From positions 1 through 44,173 of the forward strand of contig JBDHRI010000001.1 of NCBI GenBank assembly GCA_039807465.1: DNA of 44,173 bases, in the 5' to 3' direction. This document shows positions 19,238 through 31,478 of this stretch, piece after piece. Below the pieces are notes generated by a model that worked only from the letters and a program-made list of their open reading frames with translations, had not been told where the DNA came from and ran no database searches. The DNA comes from Burkholderiales bacterium. Lineage in GTDB: Bacteria > Pseudomonadota > Gammaproteobacteria > Burkholderiales > UBA11063. The position numbers and the translations under genes are program-made. The number at the start of each line of letters is the position of its first letter. The first letter of the stretch is position 1.

Positions 19238-20233
19238 TTACCAGCTTTCAGTATAAGCAGCAAATCCCATCACCCCATTTACTTGATCAAATAGCACTTG
19301 ATAAGTATTAAATATCTGATTTCCTGGATTAACTACGTTACCAGACCTAACTGGCTGGGTATATTTCATTGGTTGGGTAAGTGGTAATGGTAATGCACCG
19401 CTAGAAGTATTAATTGTAGCTGTCAGTTGGTTGGTTATAACACCATTTCCAGTAAGCGTCATCCAGTAAGGTACCGATTCAAGATAAAAATTACCTATTG
19501 CTTCACCGCTATCAAATACAGTTGAATAGTTGCTACTACCAAAACCGTCACTTTCAGAATAATTATATGTTACTGAACTCTCAGCGGTTCCCCAACATGT
19601 ATTTGATTCAGTATCTGGAACACTGTAATTATAACATGGTATCTGCTTTTGAGTTATCGTAGCAAATTTCCCGAGCTGACTAGTATTTAACAGACCAAAT
19701 GCGATATAACTCTCAGGTCTATTTAATACCATCATTTGGTTATATGGGTATGGCAAAAATAATCTTGAACTAACTTGGTTATCCATTCGCATTCCAAGAA
19801 TAGCATTATTTCCACCACCTTGATTAACACTTCCTTCAGTCACAACAACAATTGGCGCATTATTAGCGGTAGAGAGTACAGCACCTGAGGTAGTAGTAAA
19901 CTGAATAGTCCCATAGGCAAGATAACCAGACACCTGATTAGTTCCCGCCCCATACGTTATCGGAATAATCTGACTAGTCTTCTGAATATTATTACCAACG
20001 TAGCTTTCATTGATAACGGTCAATTCAGAACCAGTATCAATTTCGGCAATAACCTCAGGTCCACCACCGATACTTGCCTGAACTGCTGTTTTATTACCTG
20101 GTTCATAATTAAAAGTAGGCACAAAAACAACTTCTGGGCTTGAAGTTGAATTTGAACCACTTGTACCAGAGGAGCAAGCAACAACAAATCCTTGGCAGAT
20201 AGACAAAACAAGTAATAATCTTTTATCTAGCAT
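19238..20233 (-). CDS. pepsin-fold (PecA-like) aspartic protease lipoprotein
   Basis: SD AGGAGG before ATG 20233; VVAC lipobox; IDTGS (20027-20038) and FDSG (19505-19513); flap-like ITYGAG..VSG; AILGM; C-terminal QVLFDQVNGVMGFA. Confidence 0.8.
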   Translation of the reverse strand: MLDKRLLLVLSICQGFVVACSSGTSGSNSTSSPEVVFVPTFNYEPGNKTAVQASIGGGPEVIAEIDTGSELTVINESYVGNNIQKTSQIIPITYGAGTNQVSGYLAYGTIQFTTTSGAVLSTANNAPIVVVTEGSVNQGGGNNAILGMRMDNQVSSRLFLPYPYNQMMVLNRPESYIAFGLLNTSQLGKFATITQKQIPCYNYSVPDTESNTCWGTAESSVTYNYSESDGFGSSNYSTVFDSGEAIGNFYLESVPYWMTLTGNGVITNQLTATINTSSGALPLPLTQPMKYTQPVRSGNVVNPGNQIFNTYQVLFDQVNGVMGFAAYTESW

Positions 20234-20298
20234 TATTAACCTCCTAATCAAATACCATTATGTAAATAAATACGGTGCAGATCAATTGCAGCATATGG

Positions 20299-23200
20299 CT
20301 ATTCACGGCTATAGCTATGTAAAACCATAATAGAGTACGACTTCATCAAAGGCACTTCTGCTGGCAAATAGCTACCAATAGGAGTAATTCCTGCTTCCTC
20401 ATGATTTACAACCATATGCCATAGCTGATGATTTCCTAAAGGAGGCAACAAATCATTCACTGGATAATTATCAATTGCTGAAGCATTATAAATTACCACT
20501 ATATCTTTCCAAGAGTCATTGTTAACATGATCCTTAAAATGACTGACAATAACCCCAGAACGATCATTTTTTGCAATAAACACATTTACGTGATCTTCGA
20601 TTGATCGCCGATCAGTTATTCGAAATGCCGGATGTTCCTTACGTAATTTTATAAGCCCCCGGATATAGTCAAATACTGGCTTAAATCTGACTTTATCTTG
20701 CCAGTAAAAGGCATTAATTATATCGCCGCTTTGATAACTATTGTGATCACCATTTTTTGTCCGTAGAATCTCTACTCCGCCATGAATAAATGGTATCCCC
20801 TGTGCCGTAAGTATAATAGCCATCGCCAAAAGATTCTGGCGAACAAGACTACTTTCAAAAACGTTTTGTGGCAAGCCTAAGCGATACTTACCGTTAGCCA
20901 GATTATGATTCTGACTTTTTTCTATGTGGTCCCAAAGAGTGTAATTATCATGTGCATCAACATAATTTATACTTTCAGATGGTTTAAACGTCAGACTATA
21001 AATTGAGCCTTTTAATCCTTCAACCACTGCCCAAGTTTTATCCGCACTGTGAGGGTCGCCATTAACATAGCCAACCCCAGGATCATTGCTACCCCTAATT
21101 GCATTACGAAAAATATCATTAAATATTGCAAAATCTCTATTTCGCTGGCGTCCTCGGTAAGTCCCATTGGACAAAGGAGAATCGCCTCCCTTCCAAGGTT
21201 CACCATAGACAAGGATGGTCGGATCTATATCATGCAGGACTTTGACAATTTTCTGGATAGTATCAAAATCAATTAATTCCATTAAATCAAAGCGAACGCC
21301 ATCAATATTATAATTTTTGACCCAGTGTAATACAGAATCAACAACAAATTTACTTACCATTGGTCGTTCGGTTGCAAGCTCATTACCACAGCCCGAACCA
21401 TTGGTAAATTTCCCTAAAGAATCCGTCCGGAAATAATACCCAGGAACAATATTATCCATATTTCTGGTATCATACATATGGTTATAAACCACATCCATAA
21501 TAACTCGAATTCCTTTTTGATGAAGATTGTGAATCATACTCCGAACTTCTTTGATTCTCAGGCTTGGATCATAGGGGTCAACCGAATAACTACCATCTGG
21601 AGCATTAAAATTTTTTGGATCATATCCCCAGTTCCTATTATCTGGATCGGTTAAGCGACTTTCATCAACCGTTGCAAAATCAAAAAAAGGCAATAAATGT
21701 ACATGGGTTATCCCTAATTCAACCAAGCTATCCACGCCTGTTGCCACATTACCGCTACTTGATGAAAGATGAGTTCCAGACTGCGACATCCCCATAAATT
21801 TGCCACGATATTCTTCTTTTACACCGCTCTCAGGCATAATTGTAAAGTCGCGAATGTGAAGCTCATAAATGATGCTATCTTCTTTTTGAGCAAGATAAGG
21901 ACGGCAGTCACTAAGCCAACCACTACTCATAGTTGCCCTAGCATTTATATCAATCAGATAACCTTTATTACCATTTAACCCTATGGCAGTTGCATATGGA
22001 TCAACCGCAAATGTAACTTTAGTACATTGCTTACCATTTTGGTCAATTTCATGAAAATGAAGCTTATATAAATAAAAAAAATGTTCCAGCTTGCGTTCAA
22101 TTATCGTTGAATGAACTCCACTTCTAACATCGTATTCAAGATTAAATTTGTGACTAAACTCTTCATTAGCACTGTCCCAGTTTTTGTATAACAGTAACTC
22201 AACTCTTATTGCTGTTGGTGCCCAAAGTTTAAAAGAAATGTTATGAGAGAAAAACCTAACACCCATATCATTTCCAGAATAATAATAGCGATTTAGGTAA
22301 TCACGCAAAATAACTCGGGTAGGAAGAAAAGTATTAGTTGCCCGAATTTCAATTAACTGCTGGGAATTTACTGAAGACGGAAGATTAGTAAAAATTACCT
22401 GCTTACGCTCATATTTTATGATGGCAATCACTCCATCCTGCCTGATACCATCGATAAATAGTTCAAACTGCGTTCCAATTAATGGCTCATGAGAAAGATA
22501 TGCCGTAATTTTGTCACTATCATCCATAACAGCATATTCAATTTTAGGATTAGTATAAGTAACAACATCTTTAAGCGATGTATAAATCTTATCATCACCA
22601 TAAATAACATAGAAATTTCGCGAAGGCTTTTTCAGATTAAAAGAAGGGGTTTGTTCAGACCATTCATTACACCATCCCTCTCCCCAGACTTTTTTGCGAA
22701 CAATTATATTAGCCATATCGCAATCAGCCACTATACCAAAATCGCTATGTCCGGCAAAGTCTATAACTTTGGAGGGTTTATCATTATCAAATGCCCAGAT
22801 ATCCCAACAAAAGTTATTACCGCTATAGATATTATCCATTTTAATAAAATGTACTCGGCTAGCTTCACGTGCTTGGGTTATAACCTTAAAAACTCTCTCA
22901 GCTACAGTATTATTATGCTGATCATAACACTTTATTTTTATTTCTTCAAGCTCATCCGGATTATCTAAAACAAGTAACTGTCCATTTTCACTAATTGTTA
23001 TATCATTTGTCTTGGGAAATACTGCCCATTTTACATCTACAACCTCCTTGCGATTATGTGAAGAATTTTGTATCGCCACAAGATCAAGGGGAAAGCCAAC
23101 GGTTACTACATCTTCGGATGATTTTATTTCAGTAGCATAATTAATGGCAAACCAAGTAAAATAAAATGGTTCAAATGATTGATCAGACAAAGATAACTTG

Positions 23201-23496
23201 ACTTCATTACCTTCACTGTCAATTAAGATGTAAGTATATTCATGCCGCCCTGAAGGTAGTTTCTCCTTGAATGACACATCTTTTATCATCCTAAGAACAC
23301 CATCATTGTAATCCGGCTTCCAGTTTAACCGATAATCCTCATGCTTTTGCCAATTATTAAAATCACCGACTACATAACCATATAAAAATCCTTTAAACCG
23401 CAATTTGAATCTGATGCTATTAGATTCCGGACTGGGTTTTATCGACTGTAATCCATTTATTTGCCTAAAATTACCAAACTTATCTTGTCCCCACAT
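20299..23496 (-). CDS. pulA: multimodular type I pullulanase / glycogen debranching enzyme (GH13)
   Basis: NWGYDP, DVVYNH, DGVRFDLM, YGEPW, AHDN; N-terminal VGDFNNW CBM48-like module; no signal peptide; 1065 aa. Confidence 0.92.
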   Translation of the reverse strand: MWGQDKFGNFRQINGLQSIKPSPESNSIRFKLRFKGFLYGYVVGDFNNWQKHEDYRLNWKPDYNDGVLRMIKDVSFKEKLPSGRHEYTYILIDSEGNEVKLSLSDQSFEPFYFTWFAINYATEIKSSEDVVTVGFPLDLVAIQNSSHNRKEVVDVKWAVFPKTNDITISENGQLLVLDNPDELEEIKIKCYDQHNNTVAERVFKVITQAREASRVHFIKMDNIYSGNNFCWDIWAFDNDKPSKVIDFAGHSDFGIVADCDMANIIVRKKVWGEGWCNEWSEQTPSFNLKKPSRNFYVIYGDDKIYTSLKDVVTYTNPKIEYAVMDDSDKITAYLSHEPLIGTQFELFIDGIRQDGVIAIIKYERKQVIFTNLPSSVNSQQLIEIRATNTFLPTRVILRDYLNRYYYSGNDMGVRFFSHNISFKLWAPTAIRVELLLYKNWDSANEEFSHKFNLEYDVRSGVHSTIIERKLEHFFYLYKLHFHEIDQNGKQCTKVTFAVDPYATAIGLNGNKGYLIDINARATMSSGWLSDCRPYLAQKEDSIIYELHIRDFTIMPESGVKEEYRGKFMGMSQSGTHLSSSSGNVATGVDSLVELGITHVHLLPFFDFATVDESRLTDPDNRNWGYDPKNFNAPDGSYSVDPYDPSLRIKEVRSMIHNLHQKGIRVIMDVVYNHMYDTRNMDNIVPGYYFRTDSLGKFTNGSGCGNELATERPMVSKFVVDSVLHWVKNYNIDGVRFDLMELIDFDTIQKIVKVLHDIDPTILVYGEPWKGGDSPLSNGTYRGRQRNRDFAIFNDIFRNAIRGSNDPGVGYVNGDPHSADKTWAVVEGLKGSIYSLTFKPSESINYVDAHDNYTLWDHIEKSQNHNLANGKYRLGLPQNVFESSLVRQNLLAMAIILTAQGIPFIHGGVEILRTKNGDHNSYQSGDIINAFYWQDKVRFKPVFDYIRGLIKLRKEHPAFRITDRRSIEDHVNVFIAKNDRSGVIVSHFKDHVNNDSWKDIVVIYNASAIDNYPVNDLLPPLGNHQLWHMVVNHEEAGITPIGSYLPAEVPLMKSYSIMVLHSYSRE

Positions 23497-23522
23497 AAAC
23501 TATAACCAATACCTTGTGAAAA

Positions 23523-25433
23523 TTAATCTAAAAATTTGAATACCGCAGCTGCCATTGGTGGAATTTTTATGGTAAGTCGCTGATTAAAAGAATGCGAAGC
23601 CTCAGGTACAGTAAATAGCTCATCTTCAATACTTTGCCCGGAGCCACCGAATTCCACCAAGTCAGAATTAAAGATCTCTTTGTACTTACCAGCCTTAGGA
23701 ACTCCAAGACTATAGTCAAAATAAGTCATTGGTGTAAAATTAATTACAAAAACTAAAACCTCAGAATGGTCATGGTTGTAACGAACAAATGATAAGATAC
23801 TTTGCTGGTTGTTATCGGCATCAATCCACTGGAACCCATTATGATCATGATCACATTCCCAGAGTGAAGAATGTTGCAAATATAGCTTATTAAGCGCTTT
23901 AAAAAAGCCTTGTGTCTGCTGATGTACAGGAAATTCATTCAAAACATGCCACTGAAGTGATTCATTCTCACGCCATTCTACAAACTGACCAAATTCACAG
24001 CCCATAAACAACAATTTCTTACCCGGATGCCCCATCATATACGAAGCATAAAGGCGAAGTCCTGCATATTTATTCCATAAATCACCCCACATTTTATCAA
24101 TCAGAGCCCCCTTACCATGAACAACCTCATCATGAGAAATAGCAAGAACAAATTTTTCAGAGTAATGATACAACATTGAGAAATTTATCTGATGATGATG
24201 ATATTTGCGATAAATAGGGTCAAGATTTACGTAGCGCAAGGTATCATTCATCCAGCCCATATTCCATTTAAAGTCAAAACCAATCCCACCATACTCTACC
24301 GGAGTAGTAATTCCCGCCCAAGCAGTAGACTCTTCCGCAATTGTCAATACACCCTTGGCATGGTGTTTTACCTGATAATTAAATTCCTTCAGAAAACCAA
24401 TTGCTTCAAGGTTATGATTATTTCCATAAATATTAGCTTCCCACTCGCCATGGCTTCTATCATAATCCAGGTATAAAATATTTGATACTGCGTCAACCCG
24501 TAAGCCATCAATATGAAACTCGTTAATCCAATACATAGCATTAGAAATCAGAAAGCTTTTTACCTCGTTACGTCCCAAATCAAAATTATGTGCTCCCCAG
24601 CCCTTGTTATTAGCCTTACGGTAATCCTGATATTCATAGCAAGCACTACCATCAAAATTTATCAGCCCATGCTCATCTTTACCAAAATGTCCGGCAACCC
24701 AGTCAAGAATAACACCAATGCCTTCATTATGTAGTCGATCAACTAGCTGTTTAAGACCACGTAAATCGCCATGTCGTGAAGTTACTGAATAATAACCTGT
24801 AGCTTGATACCCCCATGATTTATCTAGCGGATGTTCGTGTAATGGCATAAATTCGACATGGGTATAACCCATTTCCTTGATATAACCTGGTAAAACCTCA
24901 CTTAACTCTTCATAACTAAGAAATTTGCCATTATTAGTACGCCATGAAGCAAGATGCAATTCGTAAATGTTTATCGGGCTAGCATAAGGATTAATATTAC
25001 TCCTCTTTTCCAGCCAATCGCTATCAGTCCATTGATACTCGGTATGTGAATTTACAACTGAAGCTGTATTAGGTCTTAATTCAGAAGTAATGGCATATGG
25101 ATCAGCCTTATATACCGTATGATTACTATGTTGATTGGTTACCGCAAATTTATACTTCACTCCATGCTTAACATTTGGAATAAATACAGTCCAAGTACCA
25201 AAATCACTAATTCGCTGCATGGTATTTTCATCACGTAGCTCCCAATGACAAAAATCACCAATCACAATTATTCGGCTAGCATTAGGCGCCCAAGTAGTAA
25301 ATCTAACTCCATCAACACCATTTTCTGTTCTAACATGAGCCCCCATAAATTTATATGCATTTAAATGCTTCCCCTCATGAAAAAGGTATAAATCTACATC
25401 ACTGAAACTATTTTGCCAGTTAAAAGAACTCAT
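23523..25433 (-). CDS. glgB: 1,4-alpha-glucan branching enzyme (short N-terminus type)
   Basis: [44 protein letters not shown] 25433 fits SD AGGAG better than TTG 25439. Confidence 0.97.
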   Translation of the reverse strand: MSSFNWQNSFSDVDLYLFHEGKHLNAYKFMGAHVRTENGVDGVRFTTWAPNASRIIVIGDFCHWELRDENTMQRISDFGTWTVFIPNVKHGVKYKFAVTNQHSNHTVYKADPYAITSELRPNTASVVNSHTEYQWTDSDWLEKRSNINPYASPINIYELHLASWRTNNGKFLSYEELSEVLPGYIKEMGYTHVEFMPLHEHPLDKSWGYQATGYYSVTSRHGDLRGLKQLVDRLHNEGIGVILDWVAGHFGKDEHGLINFDGSACYEYQDYRKANNKGWGAHNFDLGRNEVKSFLISNAMYWINEFHIDGLRVDAVSNILYLDYDRSHGEWEANIYGNNHNLEAIGFLKEFNYQVKHHAKGVLTIAEESTAWAGITTPVEYGGIGFDFKWNMGWMNDTLRYVNLDPIYRKYHHHQINFSMLYHYSEKFVLAISHDEVVHGKGALIDKMWGDLWNKYAGLRLYASYMMGHPGKKLLFMGCEFGQFVEWRENESLQWHVLNEFPVHQQTQGFFKALNKLYLQHSSLWECDHDHNGFQWIDADNNQQSILSFVRYNHDHSEVLVFVINFTPMTYFDYSLGVPKAGKYKEIFNSDLVEFGGSGQSIEDELFTVPEASHSFNQRLTIKIPPMAAAVFKFLD

Positions 25434-25817
25434 TCTCAACTACTCCTAAAGTTATGCGTAATTAATTTGATATTCTACCACAATATTTACCTCGATTATT
25501 TACTGCTGAAGTTTAAACATGATAAATATCATTAATCGACATACATTTTAGAATGCTAACTGTTGTAATTTGTACCATAAAAGTCATGATAAGGATATCT
25601 ACTTCCACAATAAATAATCCTTCTACTAAAACCAGATAAATCACAAATAAACAAAAAATGAGAAGTCTTTTTATTTAATAAGGAGGCTATACATGCTACA
25701 ATTATAGTCCTAACAAGTTTACCATAAAGCAGAACCAAAACATAGAATATAGCTACCAGAAGAAAATTAAACTATTAGAATATTCTTCCGTTACCTATAG
25801 TTTATAGCTAAAATTAG

Positions 25818-27482
<1,665 letters not shown>

Positions 27483-27552
27483 AATCAGCTAGAATATTAT
27501 AAAATTAACTACCTCCTATTTTTGAATTATGTTTTTTTGAAAGAGTGTTCTT

Positions 27553-28824
27553 ATGAGTAATCTGAATTTTGATCCCAGTTTAAGCCATCAGCTTACCAAA
27601 CGTACAATGGCTCTAGTTTTAGCTGGCGGACGAGGTTCTCGTCTAAAACAACTAACCGATGTTAGAGCAAAACCTGCAGTATATTTTGGTGGAAAATTCA
27701 GGATTATTGATTTTGCCCTTTCTAACTGTCTTAATTCAGGAATCCGCAAAATTAGTGTCATTACCCAGTATAAATCACATTCCCTACTCCGTCATTTACA
27801 ACGTGGCTGGGGATTCCTGCGTGGTGAATTAAATGAGTTTATTGATTTACTACCTGCCCAGCAAAGGGTAAATGAAGAACACTGGTATCGCGGTACTGCC
27901 GATGCAGTATATCAGAATATTGACATATTAAAATCATATAACCCAGAATATATCGTAATTCTTGCTGGTGATCATATTTATAAAATGGACTACTCTATCA
28001 TGATTCAGGATCATGTAGCTAGTGGAGCAGGATGTACAGTTGGTTGTATTGAAGTACCAAAAGAAGAAGCTACCGCCTTTGGGGTTATGGCAATTGATAA
28101 TAATCGTCAAATTACCGCCTTTGTTGAAAAACCGGCAAATCCACCAACTATTCCCGGCAATGATGAAGTCTCACTTGCAAGCATGGGAATCTATGTTTTC
28201 AATGCCAACTACCTGTACAAACTATTGGAAGAAGATCTTGTTAATCCAAATTCCGAGCATGATTTTGGGAAAAACATTATCCCCCACGTAGTAAGTGAAG
28301 GTAAGGCTCTAGCTCACCCATTTGGTTTATCGTGCGTTCCACGAGGAGAAGATGTAGAACCATATTGGCGAGATGTAGGAACGGTAGATGCATTTTGGGC
28401 AGCCAACCTTGATCTTGCCTCAAATTGGCCTGAGCTAAATTTATATGATAAGGATTGGCCGATCTGGACTCATCAGGAGCAACTACCACCAGCCAAATTT
28501 GTACCAGACGATAAAGGAGCAAATGGGGTTGCCTATAATACAATCATCTCTGGAGGGTGTATAATCTCTGGTTCAAATGTTTCACATTCCGTACTATTTT
28601 CAAATGTACGAATCAAATCATTCTGTACTGTAGAAGAGGCAGTGATTTTGCCCAACACCTATATTGGTGAAAACTGTAAACTTAGCAAAGTAGTTATTGA
28701 CCGTGGTTGCGTCATTCCGGCGGGAACAATAATTGGTGAAGATCCAGAACTTGATGCTAAGAGATTTTACCGCACAGAAAATGGAGTCGTTCTTGTAACC
28801 AAGCAAATGCTGGCAGATCTATAA
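27553..28824 (+). CDS. glgC: glucose-1-phosphate adenylyltransferase
   Basis: [45 protein letters not shown]. Confidence 0.98.
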   Translation: MSNLNFDPSLSHQLTKRTMALVLAGGRGSRLKQLTDVRAKPAVYFGGKFRIIDFALSNCLNSGIRKISVITQYKSHSLLRHLQRGWGFLRGELNEFIDLLPAQQRVNEEHWYRGTADAVYQNIDILKSYNPEYIVILAGDHIYKMDYSIMIQDHVASGAGCTVGCIEVPKEEATAFGVMAIDNNRQITAFVEKPANPPTIPGNDEVSLASMGIYVFNANYLYKLLEEDLVNPNSEHDFGKNIIPHVVSEGKALAHPFGLSCVPRGEDVEPYWRDVGTVDAFWAANLDLASNWPELNLYDKDWPIWTHQEQLPPAKFVPDDKGANGVAYNTIISGGCIISGSNVSHSVLFSNVRIKSFCTVEEAVILPNTYIGENCKLSKVVIDRGCVIPAGTIIGEDPELDAKRFYRTENGVVLVTKQMLADL

Positions 28825-28862
28825 AAATTAGCTAAGCTAGTTTCAGATTTTTTAATCGACTC

Positions 28863-28887
28863 TCTGGGCTTTCTAGCCCAGAATTTT
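28863..28887 (+). terminator. hairpin between glgC and glgA (weak terminator or stability element)
   Basis: TCTGGGCT-ttct-AGCCCAGA-ATTTT. Confidence 0.55.
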
Positions 28888-28920
28888 ACTTATAATGGAT
28901 TTATTTATTGAGGACTTCTA

Positions 28921-30378
28921 ATGCGTGTACTTCATGTTTGTAGTGAACTATATCCTATTTTAAAAACCGGAGGTTTGGCTGATGTTGCTGGATCATTACC
29001 TATAGCACTTCAATCGCTAGGTACAGAAAATCGGGTATTGGTACCTGGCTTTCCAGCTTTTATAGAGGGAATCCATGAAAAAGAAATCATTGCTGACTTA
29101 TCAGATGAATTTGGTGGTCTAAATATAAAACTGCTATTAGGCAAATTGCCTGAAAGCAATATTTCAGTATATGTTATCGAAGCACCCGATTTATATGATC
29201 GTTCTGGTAATCCGTATGCTGACAGTAATAATCAGCCATATTCAGATAACTATCGTCGCTTTGCCCTACTTGGATGGATTGCGGCTAAAATTGCTAATGA
29301 TCTAGACCCCAATTGGCGTCCAAAAGTTCTACATGGTCACGACTGGCACGCAGGACTAACACCCGCATATATTAAAGCCATTGAGTTAACTCAGGGTGTA
29401 CAGCTTGCTGGTTGTGTATTCACTGTACATAATCTTGCCTATCAGGGAGTTTTCCCTGCATATACATTCGCAGAGTTAAATTTGCCAAACCACTTTTATA
29501 ATGTAAATGGGCTCGAATTTTACAACCAGATTTCTTTCTTAAAAGCTGGTTTATTCTATGCCGACAAAATTACTACTGTTAGCCCAACCTATTCCAAAGA
29601 AATACAAACCGAAGAGCAAGGGTGTGGCTTACAAGGTTTATTAAATAGCCGTAAAAATGATCTTAGTGGCATTTTAAATGGTGTTGATGAAAATGTCTGG
29701 AATCCAGCCAAAGACCCTATAATTGCAGCTAATTACACAGGAAAGTCATTGACTGGGAAACAAGAGTGTCGGACTGCACTTCAGGAATACGCAAAAATTG
29801 CAATTCAAAATGATAAGCCAATTTTTGTTGTAGTTAGCCGACTAACTGAACAAAAGGGGCTGAATCTGGTTCTGGCTGGAATCGATGAAATTATAGAAAA
29901 AGGTGGACAACTAGTTATTCTTGGCTCTGGCGATAAGGAACTGGAAAAGGCATATAAAGCAATTGCAAAAAAACATAAAGATCAGGTTTCAGTCCAGATT
30001 GGTTATGATGAAGAACATGCACACCGCTTAATTGCTGGTGGCGATGTTATCCTTGTCCCATCACGCTTTGAACCATGTGGATTAACCCAACTTTACGGAT
30101 TACTTTATGGAACTTTACCATTAGTACATAATGTTGGTGGACTTCATGATACAGTAACAGATTCTTCTTTGGAAAATCTTGCTGATGATATTGCGACAGG
30201 ATTTGTTTTCAACGAGTTTGATCTTGACTCGTATAAAGCAGCAGTGAAACGTGCCTTTGCACTATATAATCGGAAAGCAGACTGGAAAAAGACCCAAAAA
30301 AGAGCTATGCAAAGTAATTTTAGCTGGGAGGAATCAGCTACTGAATATCTACAAATTTATAAACAGATAGCTAGATAA
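28921..30378 (+). CDS. glgA: glycogen synthase
   Basis: KTGGLADV, HDWH, TVHNLAYQG, SRLTEQKG, PSRFEPCGLTQL. Confidence 0.98.
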   Translation: MRVLHVCSELYPILKTGGLADVAGSLPIALQSLGTENRVLVPGFPAFIEGIHEKEIIADLSDEFGGLNIKLLLGKLPESNISVYVIEAPDLYDRSGNPYADSNNQPYSDNYRRFALLGWIAAKIANDLDPNWRPKVLHGHDWHAGLTPAYIKAIELTQGVQLAGCVFTVHNLAYQGVFPAYTFAELNLPNHFYNVNGLEFYNQISFLKAGLFYADKITTVSPTYSKEIQTEEQGCGLQGLLNSRKNDLSGILNGVDENVWNPAKDPIIAANYTGKSLTGKQECRTALQEYAKIAIQNDKPIFVVVSRLTEQKGLNLVLAGIDEIIEKGGQLVILGSGDKELEKAYKAIAKKHKDQVSVQIGYDEEHAHRLIAGGDVILVPSRFEPCGLTQLYGLLYGTLPLVHNVGGLHDTVTDSSLENLADDIATGFVFNEFDLDSYKAAVKRAFALYNRKADWKKTQKRAMQSNFSWEESATEYLQIYKQIAR

Positions 30379-30407
30379 AAAAAAGATGCCTTTAAAGGCA
30401 TCTTTTT
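30377..30407. terminator. bidirectional terminator between glgA and the Tim44 gene
   Basis: A8-GATGCC-tttaaa-GGCATC-T5. Confidence 0.88.
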
Positions 30408-31404
30408 AATTAACGTTTAACTGCTGAATACCAGCTACTTTCCATTTTGTATTTTCACCCTGAACTGGTTTCACAAAATGCCACATTTCGTTAAAATCAA
30501 CTGCTGGCGATGTTGGCGACTCACTTACCTTACCATAAAAGCGAACCGAAGCAACATAGTTATTATTTTCAAGCGTTGATTGCATTAGCTGAGAATCCAA
30601 TTGGCTAAAATCAGCCACATAATCGTTACCTGAAATCATTTGTTTTAACTCTTGATATAGCTCTGGCGTCATATATTTTTCTACTTCACTTACATTTTCA
30701 GGAGTATTCATACTTTGAATATGTAGAAACATACCTTTTGCCTGACGCAAAAAATACTGGGACTCAACACCACCTGCCATTCGCTCCATTCCTGCCGGAA
30801 TTTGTGGTTGAATACTCCCCTGCTGCATATTTCGACCATTCCCCGCCTGAGGTTGCTGATTTTGCGGAGTATAGGCAGTGTTATCTTTCCTTATCCCAGG
30901 GATCTCAAAATTATTATTTACTGGAGCAGAACCTGTAGGTGTACCAAATGGATTTGATGCACTCTGCCCTTGAGGCATTGTCTTACGACGAAATATCATT
31001 AATCCGATGAATAATAGCATTCCAAGTATAGCTATTATTCCCCAAGGAATATTTGTAGCTGAAGATGGAGCAGTCTCTCTCGCAACTTGCGAACTTGCAT
31101 TTTTATCACTATTCATGGCTTTGCCAAGCATATAACCACCAACAGCACCCGCTGCTGCACCAGCAACAACTGCCCCCATTCCTGGTCCATTCCGTTGCTG
31201 ACCAGCTGGCTGGGCATAGCCCCCAGGATTTCCTGAATTACTGTAATTCTGACTATTAGAATACTGCTGTGTATTTACATTACGCTGCATACCACTATTC
31301 TTGCCACTCCCCATTCTAGCAGCAAAAGCATTTTGACTAAATAAAATACTTCCTGTTAATAGTATAACCCCAACTTTTTTTAGATTCGTATTCATTGCGA
31401 CCAT
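30406..31404 (-). CDS. Tim44-domain membrane protein
   Basis: Signal ending AFA-ARMGSGKNSG; Gly-zipper GAAAGAVGG; TM helix; C-terminal ASVRFYG..FNEMWHFVK..WKVAGIQQ. Confidence 0.88.
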   Translation of the reverse strand: MVAMNTNLKKVGVILLTGSILFSQNAFAARMGSGKNSGMQRNVNTQQYSNSQNYSNSGNPGGYAQPAGQQRNGPGMGAVVAGAAAGAVGGYMLGKAMNSDKNASSQVARETAPSSATNIPWGIIAILGMLLFIGLMIFRRKTMPQGQSASNPFGTPTGSAPVNNNFEIPGIRKDNTAYTPQNQQPQAGNGRNMQQGSIQPQIPAGMERMAGGVESQYFLRQAKGMFLHIQSMNTPENVSEVEKYMTPELYQELKQMISGNDYVADFSQLDSQLMQSTLENNNYVASVRFYGKVSESPTSPAVDFNEMWHFVKPVQGENTKWKVAGIQQLNVN

Positions 31405-31435
31405 TTCTTTTTATAATTAATTAAACTTATCCACT

Positions 31436-31465
31436 ATTATATAGTGATGTAACCATTTATTTCAA
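31436..31465 (-). promoter_or_regulatory. putative sigma70 promoter of the Tim44 gene
   Basis: TTGAAA-N18-TATAAT; the -10 lies inside the palindrome CACTAT-N3-ATAGTG (31432-31446). Confidence 0.5.
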
Positions 31466-31478
31466 GCTATCAAGCTAT

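Noticed and set aside
22489-22968. 159-aa antisense ORF in the pullulanase gene, and the other short nested ORFs in the track
   Set aside because: They overlap well-supported genes and show no protein-like motifs
25556-25738. 60-aa TTG-start ORF in the glgB-pgm spacer
   Set aside because: No SD, weak start codon, no recognisable features
27506-27516. GGAGGTAGTTA (minus strand) recurring at 33024-33034, with AGGTAGTT in the oppA terminator
   Set aside because: Too short and too few copies to call a repeat family; no start codon follows the SD-like part
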